A stretch of 64,000 nucleotides of DNA, taken from NCBI GenBank assembly GCA_963695345.1, contig OY968769.1, positions 1,760,001 to 1,824,000 on the forward strand, written 5' to 3'. Of the stretch, positions 30,148-39,651 are shown piece by piece. The position numbers and the translations under genes were made by a program. Each line of letters opens with the position of its first letter. Positions within the stretch are counted from its first letter, which is position 1. Origin of the DNA: an uncultured Methanomassiliicoccales archaeon (GTDB taxonomy: Archaea; Thermoplasmatota; Thermoplasmata; Methanomassiliicoccales; UBA472). A model generated the notes under the pieces. That model made no database searches, was not told the origin of the DNA, and saw nothing but the letters and a program-made list of their open reading frames with translations.

Positions 30148-30906
30148 ATGAAGCATAATGATTTCAAGGTGATCTACGACCGACTGAACGAGCCGGCGGA
30201 CATCACCAAACTCTCTCAGGAACTCGGTCTTGACCTTGAGCTCTTGGATGTAATTTTTACACAGCGAACGGTCCGCGAGACCACCAAAAGCTTCTACAAG
30301 GTTCAGAGGAACGCGCAGAAGCTGGTCTATGACTGGAATCACGGACTGACCCTGCTCGAGGTGGCGAGGAAATGGAACTTCCCGCCCATCCTGACCGGTC
30401 TGATGATCTACCAGGTGAGCGGCCGTTCGAAGAAACAGTTCTGGAACATGGTCCGCAATGTGGACACCATACCGACGAGTCGCTGAGGCAACAGATCAAA
30501 GAGATAACCGAAGAGGACCTCGGTCTATTCTCCCTGGGCCACGGAGAAGCAGTACAAACGGGGGACCTGGGGCGAGGAGAAGCTGCAATGCTGGCTTGAT
30601 GGCCAGAATATCACCTACCGGACGGAAAAGGACCTCCGCGGAGAATTCCCGAAGACTCCGGACTGTCTTCTCGACAAGCCCATCAAGGTCAACGGATGGG
30701 ATGTCAACTGGATCGAGTCCAAGGCCACGTTCGGCGACCGGGTCGAGGTGAACAAGAACATGAAGAAACAGCTGGAGCCATACCTGGAGCTATTCGGAAA
30801 GGGCGTGGTCATCTACTGGTTCGGTTTCGTGGATGAGATAACCCCGCCCGAGGGGATCTACATATCGGATGCGTCCATCACCAACCTCATTTGCAGGATG
30901 CCTTAA
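30148..30906 (+). CDS. TPD-domain (C15orf41/CDIN1-like) PD-(D/E)XK nuclease (frameshifts near 30472 and 30520)
   Basis: Reassembled G..GEEKL...KTPDCLL...NWIESKATFG...KQLEPY..LFGKGVVIYWFGF. Confidence 0.82.
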
Positions 30907-30948
30907 CCAGATGGCAACCGACAAATATCCACAGCACATCTTTTGACC

Positions 30949-31933
30949 GTGGACCCTGAGTTCATTTCCGCCAGCGACCTTGAACGATTCGGCTATTGCC
31001 CCCTCAGCTGGTGGCAAGGGCCGGACGGCCCAGGCAAGCTCGGAAGCGCTGAAGCAGGGGACCAAGAACCATGACCGGATATCCGACGACCTCAGATCCA
31101 TCATGGTCAGCGAGGAGAAGGCCGGTTCCTGGGAAAGGGCGGTGCTGTGGTTCTCGGCGGTATCCACCCTAATGGCCATCGTCGGATTCCTAGTGACCGA
31201 GTCCGAGACCCTCAATGGGTGGCACTGGACTCCTGACATTGCTGTCAGTTTTCTGGGTCGCCTGCCGTTTCCGTCCTGGTATACAGCGTCTCCGCCCAAG
31301 GAAAACGGAAACATCCGCAAGGAACGTCTGATCGCGGTCGCCGGCATCGTGGTAATGGTGTTGGCGCTGAACGCGGTGACATTGCTTCAGGTCGACCAGG
31401 AAGTGGCCGGGATATTCGAGGTCCTGGCGCTGATATGGCTCATGGGAGCTAGCTTCGCCCTCTACTATTCGCTCATGGCGGAGAGCCTGGCCAAGAAGAA
31501 GCGCAGCAAGGTCAACGTGGACGGCAAGTTGCTGTATGTCGGAACCGATGACCAGAGGTTGTTGGTATCGGACAGGTACAAGCTCACCGGCCGTCCCGAC
31601 TACATTCTGATGGTGGGCAACGAGCGGATCCCGGTCGACCTGAAGACTGGAAGGCAACCCCGGGGGCCGCTCTTCTCTCACATCCTTCAGATCGCGGCCT
31701 ATTGCCTGCTTCTGAGCGACGAGACCGGAAAGCGCGTGTCCCGCGGCATCCTGAAGTACGGCGACGTCGAGCATGAGATCGAGTTCGACGACGAGCTCGA
31801 AAGCCTTCTGCTGGGAAAACTTGACGAGATGCGTGCGCTGATGAGGAGCGGTGAAGTGCACCGCAATCACAACCGTATCGGCAAGTGTGTAGGGTGTTCC
31901 CGCAAAGAGAACTGCCCTGAACGTCTCGATTGA
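30949..31933 (+). CDS. Solo Cas4-family nuclease with an inserted transmembrane bundle (frameshifted)
   Basis: ISASDLERFGYCP and G...H N-terminus; hydrophobic helices; GRPDY, VDLKT, QIAAY, CVGC-x5-C. Confidence 0.82.
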
Positions 31934-33727
31934 TCACTCGATCGTGACGCTCTTTGCCAGGTTCTTCGGTTTATCTATGGAGCAGTTCCTCTTCTTGGCA
32001 ACATAGTATGATAGCAGCTGCAGCACGATGGTCACCGGGATCGGCGAGAATATCGGGGCGGTGGTCGGCACCGTCAGCATCCTATCGGAGATCTGGGCCA
32101 GTTCATGGTCGTTCTCCAGTCCGATGGACACCACCGGCGAGTCCCGGGCGGCCACTTCCGATATGTTCGCCATCATCTTGTCGTAGGTGTGGTCCTTGGA
32201 GAGGGCCACCGCGATGATCGGTGTCTTCGCGTCGAGCAATGCCAGCGGTCCGTGCTTAAGTTCACCCGCGGCGAAACCCTCGGCGTGGATGTAGGAAATC
32301 TCCTTGAGCTTCAGTGCCCCTTCCAGCATGGTCGGGTAGTTGATGTTCCTTCCGATGAAGAAAACGTCCCGGGAATCCTTGATGAATTCCGCCGCATCCT
32401 CAATCTCTGACGTCTGGTCGAGGACCGATTGGACCACGGAGGGGGCGGACCTTAGCCCGGACAGCGCGCTCCACATGGCATCGTAGCTGAGGGCCCTCTT
32501 GGCATAGCCGATACGGATGCCTATGATGTACATCGCTATCAGCTGGGTGATGTAGGTCTTGGTCGCGGCGACACCAATCTCCGGTCCGGCGTGGGTGTAG
32601 AAGACCTCGTCGACCTCACGGGTCAGTGAGCTGCCCACCACATTGGTGACCCCGAGGGTGCGGCATCCCCGGCGCCTTGCCTCGCGAGACGCTGCCAGTG
32701 TGTCCGCGGTCTCACCGCTCTGCGATATCAGGATGACCAGGGGTGTTTCCAGCGCCCCGGGCGAGTAACGATATTCCGAAGCCAGCTCCAGAGTGGTCGG
32801 GATCTTGGCGAACTCTTCCATGATGTACTTGCCCACCATGGCGGCGTTGAACGATGTGCCGCATCCGACGATCTTGATGGAATTGAAACTGACATTGGGG
32901 AGCAGGTCACCCTCGATGAGCTCCTGCGCGCCCAGTATGGAATTGTGGATGGCCAGCGGTTCCTCGAATATCTCCTTCAGCATGAAATGTTCGAAACCGC
33001 CTTTCTGGGCGTCCTCGGCGCTCCAGGAGACGGTTTCCTCTTTTCTCTCCACCAGCAGGCCGCCCAGGTCGAACACTCTGACCCCTGTCCGGAGTGATCC
33101 TGACCGTTTCCCCGTCCATGATGTAGAGGACCTTGTTGGTGTAGGGCAGGAGCGCGGTCACGTCCGATGAGACGAAGTTCTCCCCGACTCCCAGGCCGAT
33201 GACCAGCGGGTTCTCCTTGCGCGCCGCGACGATCTCGTTGCTACCTTCCTTGACGGCCGCTATGGCGTACGTCCCGCGTATCGGTCAGCAACGGTCTTCT
33301 GCAACGCCTCGTGCATATCGTTCACGTAGTACTTCTCGAGCAGGTGAACGATGACCTCGGTGTCGGTCTGGGAGGAGAACTTGTGCCCCTCTCCTTCGAG
33401 CGTCTTCCTCAGCGACATGTAGTTCTCGATGATGCCGTTGTGGACGACGGCGATGCCCTTGCGTGCAGTCGCGGAACGGGTGGGCGTTCTCGTCCGACGG
33501 CTTTCCGCATGACGCCCAGCGGGTGTGGCCGATGCCCACGTTGCCCTTGATCTCGGGCAGGATCTTCTCCAGTTCCTTGATCTCGCCCTTCTTCTTGTGG
33601 ACCTCCAAATGGGGGTCATGACGGCGATGCCCGCTGAATCGTACCCGCGGTATTCCAGCCGTTTCAACGCGTCCAGCAATACTGGCGATGCCTGCCTGTA
33701 TCCAGTATAACCTATGATGCCGCACAT
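31934..33727 (-). CDS. glmS: Glutamine-fructose-6-phosphate aminotransferase (several frameshifts)
   Basis: MCGIIG, LEYRGYDSAG, GHTRWA, SQSGETAD, ELKHGP, KNLAKSVTIE. Confidence 0.96.
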
Positions 33728-33728
33728 C

Positions 33729-34922
33729 TCAGATCACAACGCTCTTGTTTTCCATGTTTCCTCTGAGGGTCGCTCCGTCCCCTATCCGGCAGCCTGCCCC
33801 GACGATCGACCCCAGAGGTCAGAACGACCCGGGAACAGATGGCGGTGTCCTCACCGATCATCGCCCCGATCTCCTCGACCTTGAAGAACTCGCCTTCAAC
33901 CTTGACATAGGCAGGCCCGACGAACGCGGAGAGGGCCCCCTTGATCGAAACCCCGTCGTCGATGACCGCATTCCCCAGGTGCGAGTGCGAACCGATCCTC
34001 ACGTTGTTCATGATGAGCGAATTATGGATGCTGGTGAAGGGTCCGATCTCCACGCTGTTGCCGATGCTGGTGGACGGGAAGATGGCCACGTTCGGTCCGA
34101 TGTCGCAGCCTTCCCCTATGACCACCGGCCCTTCTATATAGGTACCGGCCCGGATGCGGGAACCCGCCCCTATCGACACCGGTCCTTTGATGGTGACGCC
34201 CGGCTCGATCATGCCGGACACCTGCTGTCCATGCAGGTCGAGGGCGGTCTCGTTCAGCTTGATCAGGTCCCAGGGATAGACCGCGTCGTGCCAGCGTCCA
34301 TCGGTCCGGACGGCTTCCAGGCGGATATCGTCGATCTTGGACTGAAGGACCTCGGTGAGCCCGTATCGGCCCGCCTTTACCTCTTCCTCGACCAACTGGA
34401 AGATGTCCTTGTTGAAGTGGTATACTCCGGTGTTGATAATGTTGCCGATCCTGCGATCGGGCTTCTCGGTGATGCTGGCGACCCGGTCGTGCTCGAGGGT
34501 GATGACGCCATACTTCGATGGAAGCTCGCTCTCCGTGACCAGGACCGACGGGTTCTTGTCGTGGTGGATGATCCTGGAGACGGTCTCCCGATCGATGATG
34601 TTGTCCCCTGCGACCAGGACGAAATCCTCTTTCACCATGCTCTTGACATGTAGGAGCGCATGGGCGGTCCCCAGCTGCTTCTCTTGAACTACGTAGGTGA
34701 TCTTTGCCCCGAACTTGGAGCCATCGCCGAAGAAGGACATGATCCGTTCCTTCTTGTAACCGACGACCATGATGATGTCTTTGAGGCCGTTCTCCACCAG
34801 CGCCTCTGACAACGTAGGCAAGGATCGGTTTGTTGCCGATCGGCAGCATGACCTTGGGCTTCGAAATTGTGAAAGGCCGTAAGTCTGGTCCCTTCCCCTG
34901 CCGCTAGAATAATCGCCTGCAT
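33729..34922 (-). CDS. glmU: Bifunctional sugar-1-phosphate nucleotidylyl/acetyltransferase, archaeal GlmU-like (frameshifts)
   Basis: AIILAAGEGTRL, MLPIGNKPIL, QLGTAHA, hexapeptide repeats; next to glmS. Confidence 0.85.
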
Positions 34923-35097
34923 CGTAAATGCCTCGGGCCGAGCATCAACATATGGAGGTATAATAACTTTCTAACCCATTTCCAGCAGTCTGATAGTATC
35001 GATATTCGTTGCCTTGATAATCAGACCACAAGCGGGATTAACACCGAAGGACTGTTGTGAATTCTAATTCATTTCAATATTCCACAGGTGTTCATAG

Positions 35098-36564
35098 ATG
35101 ATCAGTTCAGAAGAGAACCGGAGAATACCGACCGAGATCTATCAGTTCTTCATGAATCCCGGTGGGCACTCACTCATCCTCCGGGGAAATGCCGGTACTG
35201 GTAAGACAACCTTCGCCCTCCAATCGATCGAGGATCTGGCCCAGATCGAGAACAGCTTCTATTTCTCCATGCGGGTCTCTGACCACTCACTGATCACCCA
35301 GTTCCCGTGGCTCACGGAAAAGCTCATGCCCGCGGGAATTGCCTCCGATCAGAAGAAGGAGGACGTGGTGGGAAAGCACCGGACCGGGCTCAGCAAGCTG
35401 AAGGGGCTGGGGATGCAGAGCATCGGCACCGCCAAGAAGGAGATGTCGGTCATGATCGGGAAGGATCTGGGCGACCTTGAGCACGTCTATGATGTGGTGG
35501 AGGGATCGTACCCGGCCCGCTCGCTCATCATAATCGACTCCATCGATGCCATGGCGGAAAGGTACAGCATGACCTGCTCGTCCCTCATCACCGCCATCCA
35601 GAAGGATCTGGTCGAGGGCTATGGCTCCAACGTGCTGTTCGTCCTCGAGAACAATGAACCAAAGCTCGACTACTTGGGAGACGGGGTCATCATCCTCGGG
35701 CTGGCAGTCCATCAGCTGCGCCGCATAAGGGAGATCGACATCCTCAAACTGAGGGGGGTGGAGATCGCCCAGCCAAAGTACCTCTTCACACTGAAGACAT
35801 CCCGTATCCAAACCTTCGCCAATCTCTGGGAGAACGAGGTCAGGCATCTTGATCCTTGGAAACCGGTGCCGGACGCGACCGGGAAGGTATCCTTCGGCCT
35901 CACCGACCTGGACCGGCTCATGAGGGGCGGCATGGAGAAAGGTTCCATGACCCTGATCGAACTGGGCCATGGCATACCCACGGCAATAAGCGGGGTCCTG
36001 GAAAGGTCCTTGGTGGCCAACTTCGTCTCGATGAACCGGGGCGTCTTCTGGTTGCCCACACGCAAGACCTCGGCCGAGGCGGCCAAGAACCTGATGATGG
36101 GGTCGCTGACCAAGGAACAGTTCGAGAAGAACGTCAGGATACCCGAATTGGCGGCCCAGATGGAGCTGGTGGGAGCACCCTACGTCATGCCCGTGGAAGG
36201 TTCCTCACCCGCATCGGATTACAAATGGAAATCGATCTCATACGCTCTTGGCAATGCCGAGTCGCCAATGCTGTCGCTCGTGGGTTTCGATTCGCTAGAG
36301 TCGAACTACGGAGACAAGGTGATGGACCAGATCCCGGACCATCTGGCGGCCATCAAGCGCAACAACGGCATATTCGTGGGGATCACGTCCCCATCGACCA
36401 AGTCCACGCAACGGCTGGCAGATCTGGCGAACCTGCACATCAAGGTGGAAAGGATCGGCGGCACGGTGGTGTTGTTCGGCGAGGAACCGTTCACCGAATG
36501 CAATGCGTTGGCAGTGGAGACCAGGGAGCGGGGCGGAAACATATCGCTCTCGCCGATTGTGTGA
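35098..36564 (+). CDS. GvpD/KaiC-like two-domain RecA-superfamily ATPase
   Basis: Walker A GNAGTGKTT, IIIDS, LDYLGDGVI.L, ILKLRG; second domain FGLTDLDRLMRGG lacking Walker A. Confidence 0.85.
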   Translation: MISSEENRRIPTEIYQFFMNPGGHSLILRGNAGTGKTTFALQSIEDLAQIENSFYFSMRVSDHSLITQFPWLTEKLMPAGIASDQKKEDVVGKHRTGLSKLKGLGMQSIGTAKKEMSVMIGKDLGDLEHVYDVVEGSYPARSLIIIDSIDAMAERYSMTCSSLITAIQKDLVEGYGSNVLFVLENNEPKLDYLGDGVIILGLAVHQLRRIREIDILKLRGVEIAQPKYLFTLKTSRIQTFANLWENEVRHLDPWKPVPDATGKVSFGLTDLDRLMRGGMEKGSMTLIELGHGIPTAISGVLERSLVANFVSMNRGVFWLPTRKTSAEAAKNLMMGSLTKEQFEKNVRIPELAAQMELVGAPYVMPVEGSSPASDYKWKSISYALGNAESPMLSLVGFDSLESNYGDKVMDQIPDHLAAIKRNNGIFVGITSPSTKSTQRLADLANLHIKVERIGGTVVLFGEEPFTECNALAVETRERGGNISLSPIV

Positions 36565-36576
36565 GGTGGAAAGGAA

Positions 36577-37260
36577 ATGATAAGAGCCTCACTCCCCGAC
36601 CACAGTTCCATTCTGATGGTAGGGTCGCCAGGGATCGGATTGTTGGAGTTCAACATAAGTCTCCTGAAGGACTATCTGACGGAGGACGTTTCGGTCATCT
36701 TTGTGACGGTCGACGTGCTTCCCTCGGACATCGTGACCATGATGGGGCAGTTCGGCATTGACACCAAGGCCGTGCTGGGCAAGAAGCTGTTCGTGGTGGA
36801 CTATCATTCCTCGTTGCTCGGCTCCGCGGAGGAGAGGTCCTCCTACCCCAAGACCGAGGTGCGTCCCGTTTCCGACCTGGAAGGGATCATGTTCAACGTG
36901 AACTCCATCGCTTCCGAGCATTCCCGTCCGGTGAAGGTCTTCCTCTACACCCTTTCAACGCTGTTCCTGTACAACCAGTCGAACGTCGTACTGAAGTTCT
37001 TCCAGATATCGAGTTCCAAGGTGAGGAGCTCCTACGGGACGATGATATTCTCGATCCATGACAGCGTGCATGATGATAAGACGGTCAATCACCTGATGGC
37101 CATTGCCGATGGCGTGATCGAGCTCAAGTTCGATGATGAACTGAACCGGCGGATGCGGATACGCCACATGCGCGGTTTCCCCACCTCCAGCCAATGGGTC
37201 CCGTTCGAGATCAGGGGAGATGCGGCAGAAACCTGCCCGGCACTACTGGAATGGCGTTAG
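36577..37260 (+). CDS. RAD55/KaiC-like single-domain protein with degenerate P-loop
   Basis: GSPGIGLLEF (Lys lost), LSTLFLYN, ADGVIELK, RMRIRHMRG. Confidence 0.8.
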   Translation: MIRASLPDHSSILMVGSPGIGLLEFNISLLKDYLTEDVSVIFVTVDVLPSDIVTMMGQFGIDTKAVLGKKLFVVDYHSSLLGSAEERSSYPKTEVRPVSDLEGIMFNVNSIASEHSRPVKVFLYTLSTLFLYNQSNVVLKFFQISSSKVRSSYGTMIFSIHDSVHDDKTVNHLMAIADGVIELKFDDELNRRMRIRHMRGFPTSSQWVPFEIRGDAAETCPALLEWR

Positions 37261-37262
37261 CC

Positions 37263-37472
37263 TCATTCCTCGTGCTCTTCCTCGATCTCACCGTAGATGG
37301 ACTTGTGCAGTTCCTTGACCGACTGTTTGGTGGCCCGGGTGTAGAGGGGGCATTCCGCCTTAGCTCTGACCACCATCTCCTTTCTTCGGCAATAAATCAA
37401 TTGACCGTTGACCCCCAGTTCTGGTCTTATCTCCCTGTGTAGACATGTAAAACATTTTTGATCGTTGGTCAT
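37263..37472 (-). CDS. Small Cys-rich hypothetical protein
   Basis: CFTC...C...CPLY four-Cys pattern; downstream of glpC. Confidence 0.6.
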   Translation of the reverse strand: MTNDQKCFTCLHREIRPELGVNGQLIYCRRKEMVVRAKAECPLYTRATKQSVKELHKSIYGEIEEEHEE

Positions 37473-37530
37473 GGACGACCGAAAAGAGGCAGATGGGGTA
37501 TTTTAGCGATTGGCACAGCAAGTTCGTTCT

Positions 37531-38563
37531 CTAGAAACGGAACGATATGAACTCGGTGAGGTCCATGACGTCCATTCCGCCTGCCTGTTTCAGGTTGAGC
37601 ACGCAGAAAGGGCAGGGGGCGAGGACGACATCTGCTCCGCTGGTCAATGCGTCCTCCACCTTTCTCTTGGCCAGGTCCATGGCGATGTCCGGATATCCTG
37701 AGAGAAGGCCTCCGCCTCCCCCGCAGCACCGATCCGCCTCCGGCATGTCCAGGACCTTGATTCCGGGCATGGAATGCAGAATGTCGTAGCAGTAGTCGAT
37801 GGCGTGCGGGCCCACCGTCCTCTTGAGATGGCAGGGTTCGTGCAGGGCGACCCGGACCACGCCATGGTTCCTGAACTTGAGCTTTGCCAGCCCCACCGAT
37901 TCGACCAGGTACTCGACGATATGGAGGGCCTCGATGCCGTAGTGATCGTTGATATGGCTGGTGCAGCCGGGGCATGAGGTCACTACCTGTGAGCGCCCCT
38001 CGAAGAGCTTGATGTTCCTCTTCCTCAGCGCCTCCATCCGCACCCTGTCGCCCACCTTCTCCAAGGGGGACCCGCAGCACACCAATCCAGACGGTGTTCG
38101 CACCGTGGAGTTCTGCAGCAAGGTGCGCACGGCGCCGTCCGCGATGTTCCTGAACTTCTGCCCGGCTATGCATCCGGGGAAATACAGCACCGACGCCTTC
38201 TCCACTCCCAGCGAGAGCGAGTCCAGTTCCCGTCTTACCGACAGGCCGTCCACGTCAATGTTCTGCATCATCTTGGTGTGTCCGGGCATGGCCGCGTTCC
38301 GGTCGAAGATATCTGCCCTGGCCCTGAGGATGGCGCGGGGCATCTCGACCCGGGAAGGGCACACGTCAGCGCACTTCCAGCACATCGAGCAGGCGAAAAT
38401 GTTGTCCCTCAGCGAGTTCACCTCATGGGAGAACCGGGAGGAGTCCACGGCCAGGCTGCGCGGGCCGTCGAATGTGGTGGTCGACTCCTCTTGGACGACC
38501 GGGACAGGCGCGCATGCAGGCGCCGCACTTGATGCAGCGGTCCGCGTTGAAGGGCCGGGTCAT
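37531..38563 (-). CDS. glpC: GlpC-like Fe-S / CCG-domain subunit (frameshift near 38495)
   Basis: CIKCGACMRACP, CSMCWKCADVCP, YFPGC, CCGSP, HEPCH, CCGGGG, PCPFC. Confidence 0.8.
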
Positions 38564-39651
38564 CTCGACACCTCCGCGTAATGGGCCACATCCCAGGCAC
38601 CGTCGAGAACGTCAAGCAGCCCCCGGCCCAGTGGATAAGAGAGCCCGGCCAGCGCCGAGCCGCACGCGTACACGTTCTCCGCTGAGTTGCCATTGTTCAT
38701 TATGGCTCGATATCTTCCGTCCACGTCGTATCCCGAGGATAGGGCACGGTTGACGGGCATGCCGCTTAGGCTCTCCTGTTTCCTGGTGATGACGAACGCC
38801 TCAAACGGGTCGGTCACCTCTTTTCCTGAGACCATAAGGCCCGGACCGATGGCGTTCCCCCCGGCCAGGACCAGGGTAGAGAAATTGATCTCCTGGACGG
38901 TGCCTGCGGTCTGCACCACCGCCGTGTCGTAGCGGCCGCCTATCTGGATCAATTTCGTCACCCTGCGATGGTCCAGGACATGGCATCCGCTATTGGCCAA
39001 TATGCAGCGCATCGCCTCCGCCAGCCTTGTCCCTGGTAGTGAAAGTGGGGTCACCGGTTCGAACACGATCCGTCCGGTGCGTTCTGTCAGCTCGAGCATG
39101 CCCGATTCATGGTCACGGAGCGCGAACAATGGCGGCAGCATGATCGAGTCCGCATCGATGCGGCTCAGTTCATGGCACAATGAATCCAACGAAATCCTAC
39201 CTTTGCCGGAGATGTACACCGGGTCCGCTTTCATGCCGGCGTCCTGCCTCAGGAATGAACAGACGAGCTCCGGATCCACATCCTGGTTGTCCTCTATGCC
39301 AACGACGGCCAGCTTGGACCGCATTACCGATTCCAGCGTGCCCAGCGCCGTATACCGGGGGGCCAGGCTGCAGTGGTAGCGATTTCCCGCATTGCCCAGG
39401 AGTGGCACCTGTTCCAGGTGGCGGGTCATGCTCAGTCCGTTGGACCTAAGCCTGGGCAAAAGGTAGTCCAGCATGGCCTCGTTCAACCCCGTGCCCTTGA
39501 GGCATCCGGTGGAGAGGGCGGTGCACGATGTACCGGTATCGACAAGGGCCACGTCCCTCCGGTGTTCCGCAAGGTATGTGGCGACCAGCATTCCGGCCGC
39601 TCCCCCTCCGATCACCAGGAATTCGGTCCGGACCGGATCTAGGTGCCTCAT
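38560..39651 (-). CDS. glpB: GlpB-like flavoprotein subunit
   Basis: VIGGGAAG, PLSLPGTRL, ENVYACGS.LAG; lies between glpA and glpC. Confidence 0.75.
   Translation of the reverse strand: MRHLDPVRTEFLVIGGGAAGMLVATYLAEHRRDVALVDTGTSCTALSTGCLKGTGLNEAMLDYLLPRLRSNGLSMTRHLEQVPLLGNAGNRYHCSLAPRYTALGTLESVMRSKLAVVGIEDNQDVDPELVCSFLRQDAGMKADPVYISGKGRISLDSLCHELSRIDADSIMLPPLFALRDHESGMLELTERTGRIVFEPVTPLSLPGTRLAEAMRCILANSGCHVLDHRRVTKLIQIGGRYDTAVVQTAGTVQEINFSTLVLAGGNAIGPGLMVSGKEVTDPFEAFVITRKQESLSGMPVNRALSSGYDVDGRYRAIMNNGNSAENVYACGSALAGLSYPLGRGLLDVLDGAWDVAHYAEVSR

Noticed and set aside
30949-31933. CRISPR-Cas adaptation locus
   Set aside because: No cas1, cas2 or array in the window; treated as a solo Cas4-family gene.
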